This document shows, one piece after another, positions 15,833 through 28,714 of a DNA stretch of 64,000 nt. The position numbers and the translations under genes were made by a program. Each line of letters begins with the position of its first letter. Within the stretch, counting starts at the first letter, position 1. The DNA comes from Heterodontus francisci (taxonomy: Eukaryota). The notes under the pieces were generated by a model. That model did not search any database, was not told the origin of the DNA, and saw nothing but the letters and a program-made list of their open reading frames with translations. Location of the stretch: assembly GCF_036365525.1 (NCBI RefSeq), contig NC_090399.1, positions 51,926,430 through 51,990,429 of the forward strand, in the 5' to 3' direction.

Positions 15833-15834
15833 AA
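14350..15834 (-). CDS. CR1 ORF2 C-terminal part: reverse transcriptase, uninterrupted 494 codons, 5'-truncated with no endonuclease
   Basis: Motifs KSPGPDG, NYRPVSLTS, QHGF, YMDFSKAFDKV, GVPQGSVLGPLLF, FADD and [13 protein letters not shown] are all present. There is no native start; the frame opens at the satellite junction. Confidence 0.9.
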   Translation of the reverse strand: MGFLNNLKIDKSPGPDGVYPRMLWEARDEIAEPLAMIFSSSLLTGVVPGDWRVANVVPLFKKGNRNNPGNYRPVSLTSVVGKLMEKVLRDRISEHLERHCLIRDSQHGFVRGRSCLTSLIEFFEQVTKQVDEGKPVDVVYMDFSKAFDKVPHGRLMEKVRRHGIVGNVASWIKNWLTDRRQRVGLDGKYSAWSPVTSGVPQGSVLGPLLFVIFINDLDEEVEGWVSKFADDTKVGGVVDTEEGYCRLQRDLDRLQCWAEKWQMEFNPEKCEVVHFGRTNTNAKYWVNGRVLGHVEEQRDLGVYVHRSLKVATQVDRAVKKAYGVLAFISRGIEFKSREVMMQLYRTLVRPHLEYCVQFWSPHFRKDVEALERVQRRFTRMLPGMENKSYEERLNILGLFSLERRRMRGDMIEVYKMIRGIDRVDSQKLFPRVEQSVTRGHKFKVKGGRYKGDVRGRFFTQRVVGAWNALPGEVVESETLGTFKRLLDRYMDKGE

Positions 15835-18800
15835 CAGACAATTTAACTACATGATGGTGTGAGTGGAAGAGACACTGTGACTGACATGATGGTGCGTGTG
15901 GAACAGACGCTGTAGCTAACCTGATGGTGTGTGTGGAACAGATACTGTAACTGACATGATGGTGTGAGTGAAACAGACACTGTAACTGACATGATGGTGT
16001 TAGTGAAACAGACAATTTAACTACATGATGGTGTGAGTGGAAGAGACACTGAAACTGACATGAGGTGTGTGTGGAACAGATACTGTAACTGACATGATGT
16101 TGTGTGCGGAACAGACACTGTAACTGGAATGATGGTGTGTGTGGAACAGACACGAGAACTGACAGGACGGTGTTTGTTGAACAGATACTGTAACTGCCGT
16201 GATGGTGTGAGGGGTACAGACACTCACTGTGACTGAAATGATGTGTGTGGAACAGACACTGTAAGTGACATGATGGTGCATGTGAAACAGACACTGTAAC
16301 TGACCTGATGGTCTGTGTGAAACAGACACTGTAACTGACATGATGGTGTTAGTGAAACAGACAATTTAACTACATGATGGTGTGAGTAGAAGGGAGACTG
16401 TAACTAACATGATGGTGTGTGTGGAACAGACACTGGAACTGACATGATGGTTTTCGTTGAACAGACACTGTAACTGCCATCATGGTGTGAGTGGAAAAGA
16501 CACTGAAACTGACATGGTGGTGTGAGTGGTACAGACACTCACTGTGACTGCAATGATGTGTGTGGAACAGACACTGTAACTGGCATGAGGTGTGTGTGGA
16601 ACAGACAATGTAAATGATACGATGGTGTATGTGGAACAGACACTGGAACTGACCAGATGGTGTGGTGGAACAGACACTGTAACTGACCTGATGGTGTGTG
16701 TGGAACAGACACTGTAACTGACATGATGGTGTGTGCGGAACAGACACTGTAACTGGCATGATGGTGGGTGTAGAACGGACACAGTAACTGACATAAAAGC
16801 AAAATACTGCGGATGCTGGAAATCTGAAATAAAAACAAGAAATGCTGGAACCACTCAGCAGGTCGGGCAGCATCTGTGGAAAGAGAAGCAGATTTTACAT
16901 TTCGGGTCAGCGACCCTTCATTGGAACATTTCCTATGAAGGGTCACTGACCCGAACCGTTAACTCTGCTTCTCTTTCCACAGTAACTGACATGATGGTGC
17001 GTGTGGAACAGACCCTGTAGCTAACCTGATGGTGTATGTGGAACAGACACTGTAACTGACATGATGTTGTGTGTGGAACAGACACTGTAACTGACATGAT
17101 GGTGTGTGTGAAACAGACACTGTAACTGACCTGATGGTGTGTGTGCAACAGACACTGTATCTGACCTGATGGTGTGTGTCGAACAGACACTGTAACTGAC
17201 ATGATGTTGTGTGTGGAACAGACACTGTAACTGACATGATGGTGTGTGTGGAACAGACACTGTAACTCACCTGATGGTGTGTTTGCAACAGACACTCTAA
17301 CTGACCTGATGGTGAGTGTGAAATAAGCACAGTAACTGTCCGGATGTTAAGTGTGGAACAGACACTGTAACTGACATGATGGTGTCAGTGAAACAGACAC
17401 AGTAACTAACATGATGGTGTTAGTAAAACAGACACTTTAACTGACATGATGGTGTGAGTGGAAGAGGCATTGTAACTGACATGTTGGTGTGTGTGGAACA
17501 GACACTGTAACTGACATGATGGGGTGTGTGGAACAGACACTCTAACTGACATGATGGTGTGAGTGGAACAGATACTGTAACTGACATGATGGTGTGTGCG
17601 GAACAGACACTGTAACTGGCATGATGGTGTGTGTGGAACAGACTCTATAACTGACATGATGGTTTTTTTTGAACAGACACTGTAACTGCCATCATGGTGT
17701 GAGTGGAACAGACACTGAAACTGACATGAGGTGTGTGTGGAACAGATACTGTAACTGACTTGATGGTGTGTGCGGAACAGACACTGTAACTGGCATGATG
17801 GTGTGTGTGGAACAGACACGAGAACTGACAGGACGGTGTTTGTTGAACAGATACTGTAACTGCCGTGATGGTGTGAGGGGTACAGTCACTCACTGTGACT
17901 GAAATGATGTGTGTGGAACAGACACTATAAGTGACATGATGGTGTGTGTGAAACAGACACTGTAACTGACCTGATTGTGTGCGTGAAACAAACACAGTAA
18001 CTGACCTGATGTTAAGTGTGGAACAGACACTGTAACTGACATGATGGTGTGTGTGGAACAGACGCTGTAACTGACATGATGGTTTTCGTTGAACAGACAA
18101 TGTAACTGACCTGATTGTGCGTGTGGAACAGACACTGTAACTGGCATGATGGTGGTTGTAGAACGGACACAGTAACTGACATAAAAGCAAAATACTGCGG
18201 ATGCGGGAAATCTGAAATAAAAACAAGAAATGCTGGAACCACTCAGCAGGTCTGGCAGCATCTGTGGAAAGAGAAGCAGATTTTACATTTCGGGTCAGTG
18301 ACCCTTCATTGGAACAGTTCCGATGAAGGGTCAGTGACCCGAACCGTTAACTCTGCTTCGCTTTCCACAGTAACTGACATGATGGTGCGTGTGGAACAGA
18401 CCCTGTAGCTAACCTGATGGTGTATGTGGAACAGACACTGTAACTGACATGATGGTGTGTGTGGAACAGACACTGGAACTGACATGATGGTTTGTGTGGA
18501 ACGGACACTGTAACTGACATAATGGCGTGTGTGGAACAGACACTGTAACTGACCTGATGGTGTGTGTGCAACAGACACTGTAACTGACCTGATGGTGTGT
18601 GTGAAACAAACACAGTAACTGACCTGATGTTAAGGGTGGAACGGACACAGTAACTGACATGATGGTGTTTGTGGAACAGACACTGTAGCTAACCTGATGG
18701 TTTGTGTGGAACAGACACTGTAACTGACATGATGGTATGAGTGGAACAGACAATGTAACTGACATGATGGTGTGTGTGGAACAGACACTGTAACTGACCT

Positions 18801-21800
18801 GATGGTGTGCGTGGAACAGACACTGTAACTGACATGATGGTGTTTGTGGAACGGACACTGTATATGACCTGATGGTGTGTGTGGAACAGACACTGTAACT
18901 GATATGATGGTGTGAGTGGAACAGTCATTCTAATGGACAGGATGGTGTGTGTGTCTAACAGACACTGTAACTGACCTGATTGTGTGCGTGAAACAAACAC
19001 AGTAACTGACCTGATGTTATGTGTGGAACAGACACTGTAACTGACATGATGGTGTGTGTGGAACAGACGCTGTAACTGACATGATGGTTTTCGTTGAACA
19101 GACAATGTAACTGACCTGATTGTGCGTGTGGAACAGACACTGTAACTGGCATGATGGTGGTTGCAGAACGGACACAGTAACTGACATAAACGCAAAATAC
19201 TGCGGATGCGGGAAATCTGAAATAAAAACAAGAAATGCTGGAACCACTCAGCAGGTCTGGCAGCATCTGTGGAAAGAGAAGCAGATTTTACATTTCGGGT
19301 CAGTGACCCTTCATTGGAACAGTTCCGATGAAGGGTCACTGACCCGAACCGTTAACTCTGCTTCGCTTTCCACAGTAACTGACATGATGGTGCGTGTGGA
19401 ACAGACCCTGTAGCTAACCTGATGGTGTATGTGGAACAGACACTGTAACTGACATGATGGTGTGTGTGGAACGGAACTGTAACTGACCTGATGGTGTGTG
19501 TGGAACAGACACTGTAACTGATATGATGGTGTGAGTGGAACAGTCATTCTAACGGACAGGATGGTGTGTGTGTCTAACAGACACTGTAACTGACCTGATG
19601 GTGTATGTGCAACAGACACTGTAAGTGACGTGATGGTGCGTGTGAAACAAACACAGTAACTGACCTGATGTTAAGTGTGGAACAGACACTGTAACTGACG
19701 GGATGGTGTTTGTGAAACAGACACTGCAACTGACATGATGCTGTGAGTGGAACAGATACTGTAACTGACATGATGGTGTGTGTGGAACAGACACTGTAAC
19801 TGACATGATGGTGTGTGTGGAACAGATACTGTAACTGCCGTGATGGTGTGAGTGGAACAGACACTGAAACTGATATGATGGCATGAGTGGTACAGACACT
19901 CACTTTGACTGCAATGATGTGTGTGGAACAGATACTGTAACTGACATGATGGTGTGTGTGGAACAGACAGTGTAACTGACATGATGGTGCGTGTTTAACA
20001 GACACTGTAACTGACCTGATGGCATGAGTGGAACAGACAATGTAACTGACATGATGGTGCTTGTGAAACAGACACTGCAAATGACATGAAGGTGTGAGTG
20101 CAACAGACACTGGAACTGACATTATGGTGTGTTTGGAACAGACACTGCAACTGACATGATGGTGTGTGTGGAACAGACACTATAACTGACATGATGGTGT
20201 TTGTTGAACAGATACTCTAACTGCCTTGGTGGTGTGATTGCAACAGTCACTGAAACTGACATGATCGTGTGAGTGGTACAGGCACTCACTCTGACTGCAA
20301 TGATGTTTGTGGAACAGACACTGTAACTGACATGATGATGTGTGTGGAACAGACACTGTAAATGATACGATGGTGTGTGTGGAACAGACACTTTAACTGG
20401 CATGATTGTGGATGTGGAACGGACACAGTAACTGACATGATGATGTGTGTGGAACAGACACTGTAAATGACATGATGGCAGGTGTGGAAAGGACACTGTA
20501 CGTGACATTATGGTGTGTGTGGAACAGATACTGTAACTTACATGATGGTGTGTGTGGAACAGACACTGTAACTGACCTGATGGTGTGCGTGGAACGGACA
20601 CTGTAACTGACCTGATGGCGTGTGTGGAACAGACACTGTAACTGACATGATGTTGTGTGTGGAACAGATACTGTAACTGACATGATGGTGTGTGTGGAAC
20701 AGACACTGTAACTGATATGATGGTGTGAGTGGAACAGTCATTCTAACTGACAGGATGGTGTGTGTGTCTAACAGACACTGTAACTGATCTGATGGTGTGT
20801 GTGCAACAGACACTGTCAGTGACCTGATGGTGCATGTGAAACAAACACAGTAACTGACCTGATGTTAAGTGTGGAACAGACACTGGAACTGACAGGATGG
20901 TGTTTGTGAAACAGACACTGCAACTGACATGATGCTGTGAGTGGAACAGACACTGTAACTGACATGATGGTGTGTGTGGAACAGACACTGTAACTGACCT
21001 GATGGTGTGCGTGGAACAGACACTGTAACTGACATGATGGTGTGTGTGGAACAGACACTGTAACTGATATGATGGTGTGAGTGGAACAGTCATTCTAACG
21101 GACAGGATGGTGTGTGTGTCTAACAGACACTGTAACTGACCTGATGGTGTGTGTGCAACAGACACTGTAAGTGACCTGATGGTGCGTGTGAAACAAACAC
21201 AGTAACTGACCTGATGTTAAGTGTGGAACAGACACTGTAACTGACAGGATGGTGTTTGTGAAACAGACACTGCAACTGACATGATGGTGCGTGTGGAACA
21301 GACACTGTAACTGACATGATGGTGTGTGTGCAACAGACACTGTAACTGACCTGATGGTGTGCGTGAAACAAACACAGTAACTGACCTGATGTTAAGTGTG
21401 GAACAGACACTGTAACTGACATGATGGTGTGTGTGGAACAGACACTGTAACTGACATGATGGTGTATGTGGAACAGACACTGTAACTGACATGATGGTGT
21501 GTGTGGAACAGACGCTGTAACTGACATGATGGGGTGTGTGTAACAGACTCTATAACTGACATGATGGTTTTCGTTGAACAGACAATGTAACTGACCTGAT
21601 GGTGTGTGTGGAACAGACACTGTAACTGACCTGATGGTGTGCGTGGAACAGACACTGTAACTGACATGATGGTGTTTGTGGAACGGACACTGTAACTGAC
21701 CTGATGGTGTGTGTGGAACAGACACTGTAACTGATATGATGGTGTGAGTGGAACAGTCATTCTAATGGACAGGATGGTGTTTGTGTCTAACAGACACTGT

Positions 21801-24800
21801 AACTGACCTGATTGTGTGCGTGAAACAAACACAGTAACTGACCTGATGTTAAGTGTGGAACAGACGCTGTAACTGACATGATGGGGTGTGTGTAACAGAC
21901 TCTATAACTGACATGATGGTTTTCGTTGAACAGACAATGTAACTGACCTGATGGTGTGTGTGGAACAGACACTGTAACTGACCTGATGGTGTGCGTGGAA
22001 CAGACACTGTAACTGACATGATGGTGTTTGTGGAACGGACACTGTAACTGACCTGATGGTGTGTGTGGAACAGACACTGTAACTGATATGATGGTGTGAG
22101 TGGAACAGTCATTCTAATGGACAGGATGGTGTTTGTGTCTAACAGACACTGTAACTGACCTGATTGTGTGCGTGAAACAAACACAGTAACTGACCTGATG
22201 TTAAGTGTGGAACAGACGCTGTAACTGACATGATGGTTTTCGTTGAACAGACAATGTAACTGACCTGATTGTGTGTGTGGAACAGACACTGTAACTGGCA
22301 TGATGGTGGTTGCAGAACGGACACAGTAACTGACATAAACGCAAAATACTGCGGATGCGGGAAATCTGAAATAAAAACAAGAAATGCTGGAACCACTCAG
22401 CAGGTCTGGCAGCATCTGTGGAAAGAGAAGCAGATTTTACATTTCGGGTCAGTGACCCTTCATTGGAACAGTTCCGATGAAGGGTCACTGACCCGAACCG
22501 TTAACTCTGCTTCGCTTTCCACAGTAACTGACATGATGGTGCGTGTGGAACAGACCCTGTAGCTAACCTGATGGTGTATGTGGAACAGACACTGTAACTG
22601 ACATGATGGTGTGTGTGGAACAGACACTGGAACTGACATGATGGTTTGTGTGGAACGGACACTGTAACTGACATAATGGCGTGTGTGGAACAGACACTGT
22701 AACTGACCTGATGATGTGTGTGAAACAAACACAGTAACTGACCTGATGTTAAGTGTGGAACGGGCACAGTAACTGACATGATGGCATGAGTGGAACAGAC
22801 AATGTAACTGACATGATGGTGCTTGTGAAACAGACACTGCAACTGACATGAAGGTGTGAGTGCAACAGACACTGTAACTGACATTATGGTGTGTGTGGAA
22901 CAGACACTGCAACTGACATGATGGTGTGTGTGGAACAGACACTGTAACTGACCTGATGGTGTGCGTGGAACAGACACTGTAACTGACATGATGGTGTTTG
23001 TGGAACGGACACTGTAACTGACCTGATGGTGTGTGTGGAACAGACACTGTAACTGATATGATGGTGTGAGTGGAACAGTCATTCTAACGGACAGGATGGT
23101 GTGTGTGTCTAACAGACACTGTAACTGACATGAAGGTGTGAGTGCATCAGACACTGTAACTGACATTATGGTGTGTGTGGAACAGACACTGCAACTGACA
23201 TGATGGTGTGTGTGGAACAGACACTATAACTGACATGATGGTGTTTGTTGAACAGATACTCTAACTACCGTGATGGTGTGATTGCAACAGTCACTGAAAC
23301 TGACATGATCATGTGAGTGGTGCAGGCATTCACTCTGACTGCAATGATGTTTGTGGAACAGACACTGTAAATGATACGATGGTGTGTGTGGAACAGACAC
23401 TTTAACTGGCATGATTGTGGATGTGGAACGGACACAGTAACTGACATGATGGTGTGCGTGGCACAGACACTGTAAATGACATGATGGCAGGTGTGGAAAG
23501 GACACTGTACGTGACATGATGGTGTGTGTGGAACAGATACTGTAACTTACATGATGGTGTGTGTGGAACGGACACTGTAACTGACCTGATGGTGTGCGTG
23601 GAACAGACACTGTAACTGACATGATGGTGTTTGTGGAACGGACACTGTAACTGACCTGATGGTGTGTGTGGAACAGACACTGTAACTGACATGATGGTGT
23701 TTGTGGAACGGACACTGTAACTGACCTGATGGTGTGTGTGGAACAGACACTGTAACTGACATGATGGTGTTTGTGGAACGTACACTGTAACTGACCTGAT
23801 GGTGTGTGTGGAACAGACACTGCAGCTGACATGATGTTGTGTGTGGAACAGACACTGTAACTGACCTGATGGTGTGCGTGGAACAGACACTGTAACTGAC
23901 ATGATGGTGTTTGTGGAACGGACACTGTAACTGACCTGATGGTGTGTGTGGAACAGACACTGTAACTGACATGATGGTGTTTTTGGAACGGACACTGTAA
24001 CTGACATGATGATGTGTGTGGAACAGATACTGTAACTGACATGATGGTGTGTGTGGAACAGACACTGTAACTGATATGATGGTGTGAGTGGAACAGTCAT
24101 TCTAACTGACAGGATGGTGTGTGTGTCTAACAGACACTGTAACTGATCTGATGGTGTGTGTGCAACAGACACTGTCAGTGACCTGATGGTGCGTGTGAAA
24201 CAAACACCATAAGTGACCTGATGTTAAGTGTGGAACAGACACTGTAACTGACAGGATGGTGTTTGTGAAACAGACACTGCAACTGACATGATGCTGTGAG
24301 TGGAACAGACACTGTAACTGACATGATGGTGTTTGTGGAACGGACACTGTAACTGACATGATGATGTGTGTGGAACAGATACTGTAACTGACATGATGGT
24401 GTGTGTGGAACAGACACTGTAACTGATATGATGGTGTGAGTGGAACAGTCATTCTAACTGACAGGATGGTGTGTGTGTCTAACAGACACTGTAACTGATC
24501 TGATGGTGTGTGTGCAACAGACACTGTCAGTGACCTGATGGTGCATGTGAAACAAACACAGTAAGTGACCTGATGTTAAGTGTGGAACAGACACTGTAAC
24601 TGACAGGATGGTGTTTGTGAAACAGACACTGCAACTGACATGATGCTGTGAGTGGAACAGACACTGTAACTGACATGATGGTGTGTGTGGAACAGACACT
24701 GTAACTGACCTGATGGTGTGCGTGGAACAGACACTGTAACTGACATGATGGTGTTTGTGGAACGGACACTGTTACTGACCTGATGGTGTGTGTAGAACAG

Positions 24801-25760
24801 ACACTGTAACTGATATGATGGTGTGAGTGGAACAGTCATTCTAACGGACAGGATGGTGTGTGTGTCTAACAGACACTGTAACTGACCTGATGGTGTGTGT
24901 GCAACAGACACTGTAAGTGACCTGATGGTGCGTGTGAAACAAACACAGTAACTGACCTGATGTTAAGTGTGGAACAGACACTGTAACTGACAGGATGGTG
25001 TTTGTGAAACAGACACTGCAACTGACATGATGGTGCGTGTGGAACAGACACTGTAACTGACATGATGGTGTGTGTGCAACAGACACTGTAACTGACCTGA
25101 TGGTGTGCGTGAAACAGACACTGTAACTGACCTGATGTTAAGTGTGGAACAGACACTGTAACTGACAGGATGGTGTTTGTGAAACAGACACTGCAACTGA
25201 CATGATGGTGCGTGTGGAACAGACACTGAAACTGACATGATGGTGTGTGTGCAACAGACACTGTAACTGACCTGATGGTGTGCGTGAAACAAACACAGTA
25301 ACTGACCTGATGGTTTGTGTGGAACAGACACTGTAACTGACATGATGGTGTGTGTGGAACAGACGCTGTAACTGACATGATGGTTTTCGTTGAACAGGCA
25401 ATGTAACTGACCTGATGGTGTGTGTGGAACAGACACTGTCACTGACATGATGCTGTGAGTGGAACAGACACTGTAACTGACATGATGGTGTGTGTGGAAC
25501 AGACACTGTAACTGACATGATGGTGTGTGTGGAACTGACACTGTATCAGACATGATGGTGTGTGTGGAACAGACACAGTAACTGACATGATGGTGTATGT
25601 GGAACAGACATTGTAACTGATCTGATGTGTGTGAAACAGTCAGTGTAACTGACCTGATGTTATGTGTGGAACAGACACTGTAACTAACATGATGGTGTGT
25701 GTGGAACAGACACTGTAAAAGACATGATGGTGTGTGTGGAACAAACACTGTAACTGTCCT

Positions 25761-27851
25761 AAATCCTGTTTCGCCTTTGCTCGGGAAACTACACATGCAG
25801 GAAATATTCCTCGAACTTGCTCCTGTAATTGCTCCATTTAATTAATTTCACTTGCTTCCTCTGTAACTATAGGAGAAACTGATACTTTTGATCCAGCCAA
25901 ATCATTTCCTTGGAGTAGATCAATTGACTTTGCTGGTAAACTGTGGACACAATCTACCGTTACTATCGCAGATATTAAGTCACTCTCTAGGCATGCTTTA
26001 TACAAAGCTATGTGTTTATACTCCCCACCAATTCCATTTACTAAAACGTTAGTGTTCAAGGCACTGTCTGGTGGAAACCTCATATCTTTCCCCAGTAAGA
26101 GCGTTTGGGTTGCTCCTGCGTCCCTGAGTATAATTATAGGTTTTCCTGAATCACTTACAGGATATGGAGTTACTCTCCCCTTTGACAGAAATTCACTGTA
26201 ACTCTCAGGTATTTCATTCTTAACCTCTGCTCTCGTTTTAGTTTTAGTATCTGGTTTCACAGTCACAGCCGTCGTTAAAGTTATAGCCTGGTCTGCTATA
26301 CTCTCAGTCAGAGTCTTTCCCTCTGCACTAACTTTGCATACCCCAACAAGTCCTATGGGTTTACCTCACAATTTTCAGCACTCTGAACGAAGATGATCCA
26401 TTTGTTGCAATGATAACACTTTGGCTTGTGAACCTCACGTCTACCCTCAGCAACTTCCTTTCTGACCTGAGGAGCTGATCCTGGAGTATTCCCAGCCGTT
26501 CCTTCTTGTCCCCGGCTACTTGCCTTCCTTTTACTCTCCCACTTTCTAGCCTTCTCGGGTTTATGGGGGTGACAGACAAAATAGGTCAAAATCATCAGCA
26601 ATCTCTGCTACTTGCCTGGCTTTCAAAACTTTCAGATTATCTATATGAGTTCTCACTACTGAAGGAATGGAGTTTTTAAACTCTTCTAAGAGAATCAATT
26701 CTCAAAGGTTCTCATATGTGGTTTCTATCTTTAATGCTTGTATCCAACGGTTAAAATTCATTTGCTTCACCCTCTCAAATTCTAAATATGTCTGCCCAGT
26801 CAATCTCTGTAAGTTCCTAAACTTCTGACGGTCAGCTTCAGGGACTAACTCATACGCAATGAGAATAGCATTTTTTGCCATTTCATAATCTGCAGAAGCC
26901 TCTTCAGAAAGCATGGCATCAGCTTCATGAGCTCTGCTTATCAACCTGTCCTCCATGAGCAATGTCCAGCTTTCTTTAGGCCATTTCATCTGTTTGGCTA
27001 TTTTTTCAAAAGATATGAAAAATGCCTCTATATCCCTTTCCTCGAACTTCGGAAGAGCCTGTATAAATGTAAACAACTTCTCGCTGGGTCCTGATCTAAA
27101 CTCAGATACCTCCTGACCTGATATTTCCTTGGATTTAAGACTATCCTTTTGTCTCAGTTGCATCTCTTTTAACTTAAATTCCCTTTCTTCTCTTTCACTT
27201 TCTGAAATGCTCTCTCTTTCTCCCTTTCCTCTTTTTCCAGTTCAAGTTTTCTTAATGCTATTGCTTTTTCTTTTTCCTTTTCCTCTTTTTCCAATTTGTT
27301 TTTTTTGTTTCTAACTGAATCCTACCCAATACCACTGCATCACTCTCAGACCTACTACCTTCATCTCTCTTGTATTCCCTTTGTTGTTCCTCGTATTGTC
27401 CTTTATCTGTATCATTATCATCATAATCATCATCATCTTCTTCTACTAATTCCAGATGTTCGGCTATTATGCCAATTATCTCTGCTTTTTTGGCACCTGA
27501 TTTCAATTCCAACCCCAATTTCGCTGCCAATTCTTTTAATTGTTCTAAGTTACAGTTATCAAGCCACTCAGGGAAACATTCTGCTTTCCTAAAAACTCTG
27601 CTACAGCCACTAATGCCATAGCAATGGTATAGACTGTACCTTATTATATAAGAGACCTGGTTCTTTTAATTTGTTTGTAATTGGTGTCAGATTTAGATCC
27701 CAACAATCGGGTTTCCAATTGATATGATCCCATACTCGAGAGCAATTAATATGATGCCAAATGCAGGAGCCCAATTTAAATATTTTATCCCAGAGACGAG
27801 TAATTAAAGGCACACCGCATTCTTCCCAAAAAAAAGTACAGGATCATAACA
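25761..27851 (-). mobile_element. Truncated Gmr1-like gypsy LTR retrotransposon (LTR start, gag, zinc knuckle, protease), decayed
   Basis: Minus-strand ORF fragments LPKFEERDIEAFFISFEK, KPKCYHCNK and ILRDAGATQTLL are colinear with 55210-57240. It begins TGTTATGATCCTGTA, which matches the LTR start at 54054 and 58947. Confidence 0.9.
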
Positions 27852-28048
27852 ATTAGGCCTCATTTTAATATGGATATGCAGGGCCTGCCACCTGGTGGCG
27901 GGGGGGGCACACCGAGGTCCCGCCGCCACTGGTAATATGCGGCTGGCTCTTCTCGACCTCATGGGTCGAGGCGGGCCTTTCCCCACAGCATTTTACTGGC
28001 CCCCCACGCCACGATACATTGCGTTGAGGGGCCGGTAAAATTCAGCCC
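27852..28048. mobile_element. GC-rich MITE-like DNA transposon end
   Basis: Abrupt GC/CpG-rich segment ending GTAAAATTCAGCCC, a terminus type common in shark non-autonomous elements. Only one end is seen. Confidence 0.5.
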
Positions 28049-28239
28049 TGTAATTGACATGATGGTGTGTGTGAAACAGACGCTCACTGTAACTGACATG
28101 GTGTGTGTGGAACAGACACTGTAATTACCATGATGTGTGTGTTGTGTGTTATGGACTCTCTCTATAACTCTGTAACTGACAGGTTAGTTTGTTTATTTCA
28201 CCCCTTGCTCATTTATTTATTTGAATGTAACTATTGAAA

Positions 28240-28375
28240 TCAGTTCTGAGGAAAGGCCATTGACCTGAAACTTTAAATCTGCTTCTTGCTCCATAGATGC
28301 TGCCTGACCTGCTGAGTGATTCCAACATTTTCTGATTTTATTTCAGATTTCCAGCAGCTGCTGTATTTGACATTT
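28240..28375. mobile_element. Older Penelope-like terminal fragment, opposite orientation to the satellite inserts
   Basis: Reverse-complement similarity to 144-276. It contains GTT-CTGAGGA-A-AGGCCA-T-TGACCT-GAAA-C. Confidence 0.7.
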
Positions 28376-28714
28376 GATTCATTTGGGAGTGAGATTTGTC
28401 CATTTTAATGTTGTGAGATGGGCTGTTAGTGAACGGGACACACTTTTACATTGCGACCCATTGAGGGTTAATCTGAATAGCCAGTGAATTCGGGTGCAGG
28501 GCTTGTGATACACCATTATCCTATGCTTGATTGAAGTGATGCAGACAGTATGCAAACTTCACGCTACTTGCTCATTTCCATGATTGTAATGTGTAGCTCA
28601 TTGCTGAATGTACTGGTGAGTGGCTGCACACCTCAGCACGGAGCCCAATCTGGTGCGTGGTTAGCACCACTTAAAGATAGCCTGCATTACTATAAAGCCA
28701 GACTGCACCGCTTA

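Larger units (their letters stand above)
1..25760. repeat. 35-bp tandem minisatellite array (consensus GTGTGTGGAACAGACACTGTAACTGACATGATGGT) with higher-order duplications; begins before the window
   Basis: Continuous head-to-tail 34-35 bp units with recurring variant units. It is interrupted by nine ~185-bp inserts and one LINE. A few degenerate units reappear at ~28048-28180. Confidence 0.98.

Noticed and set aside
1-25760. CRISPR-like array (35-bp repeats)
   Set aside because: Units are directly head-to-tail with no unique spacers, there are no cas genes, and the context is eukaryotic.
282-25796. More than 100 minus-strand His/Cys/Ser/Val-rich ORFs (SHTPSCQLQCLFH...) that look like a metal-binding or zinc-finger protein family
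   Set aside because: They are translations of the 35-bp unit, whose minus strand lacks stops. All three frames give the same cycling peptide, with no C2H2 spacing or exon structure.
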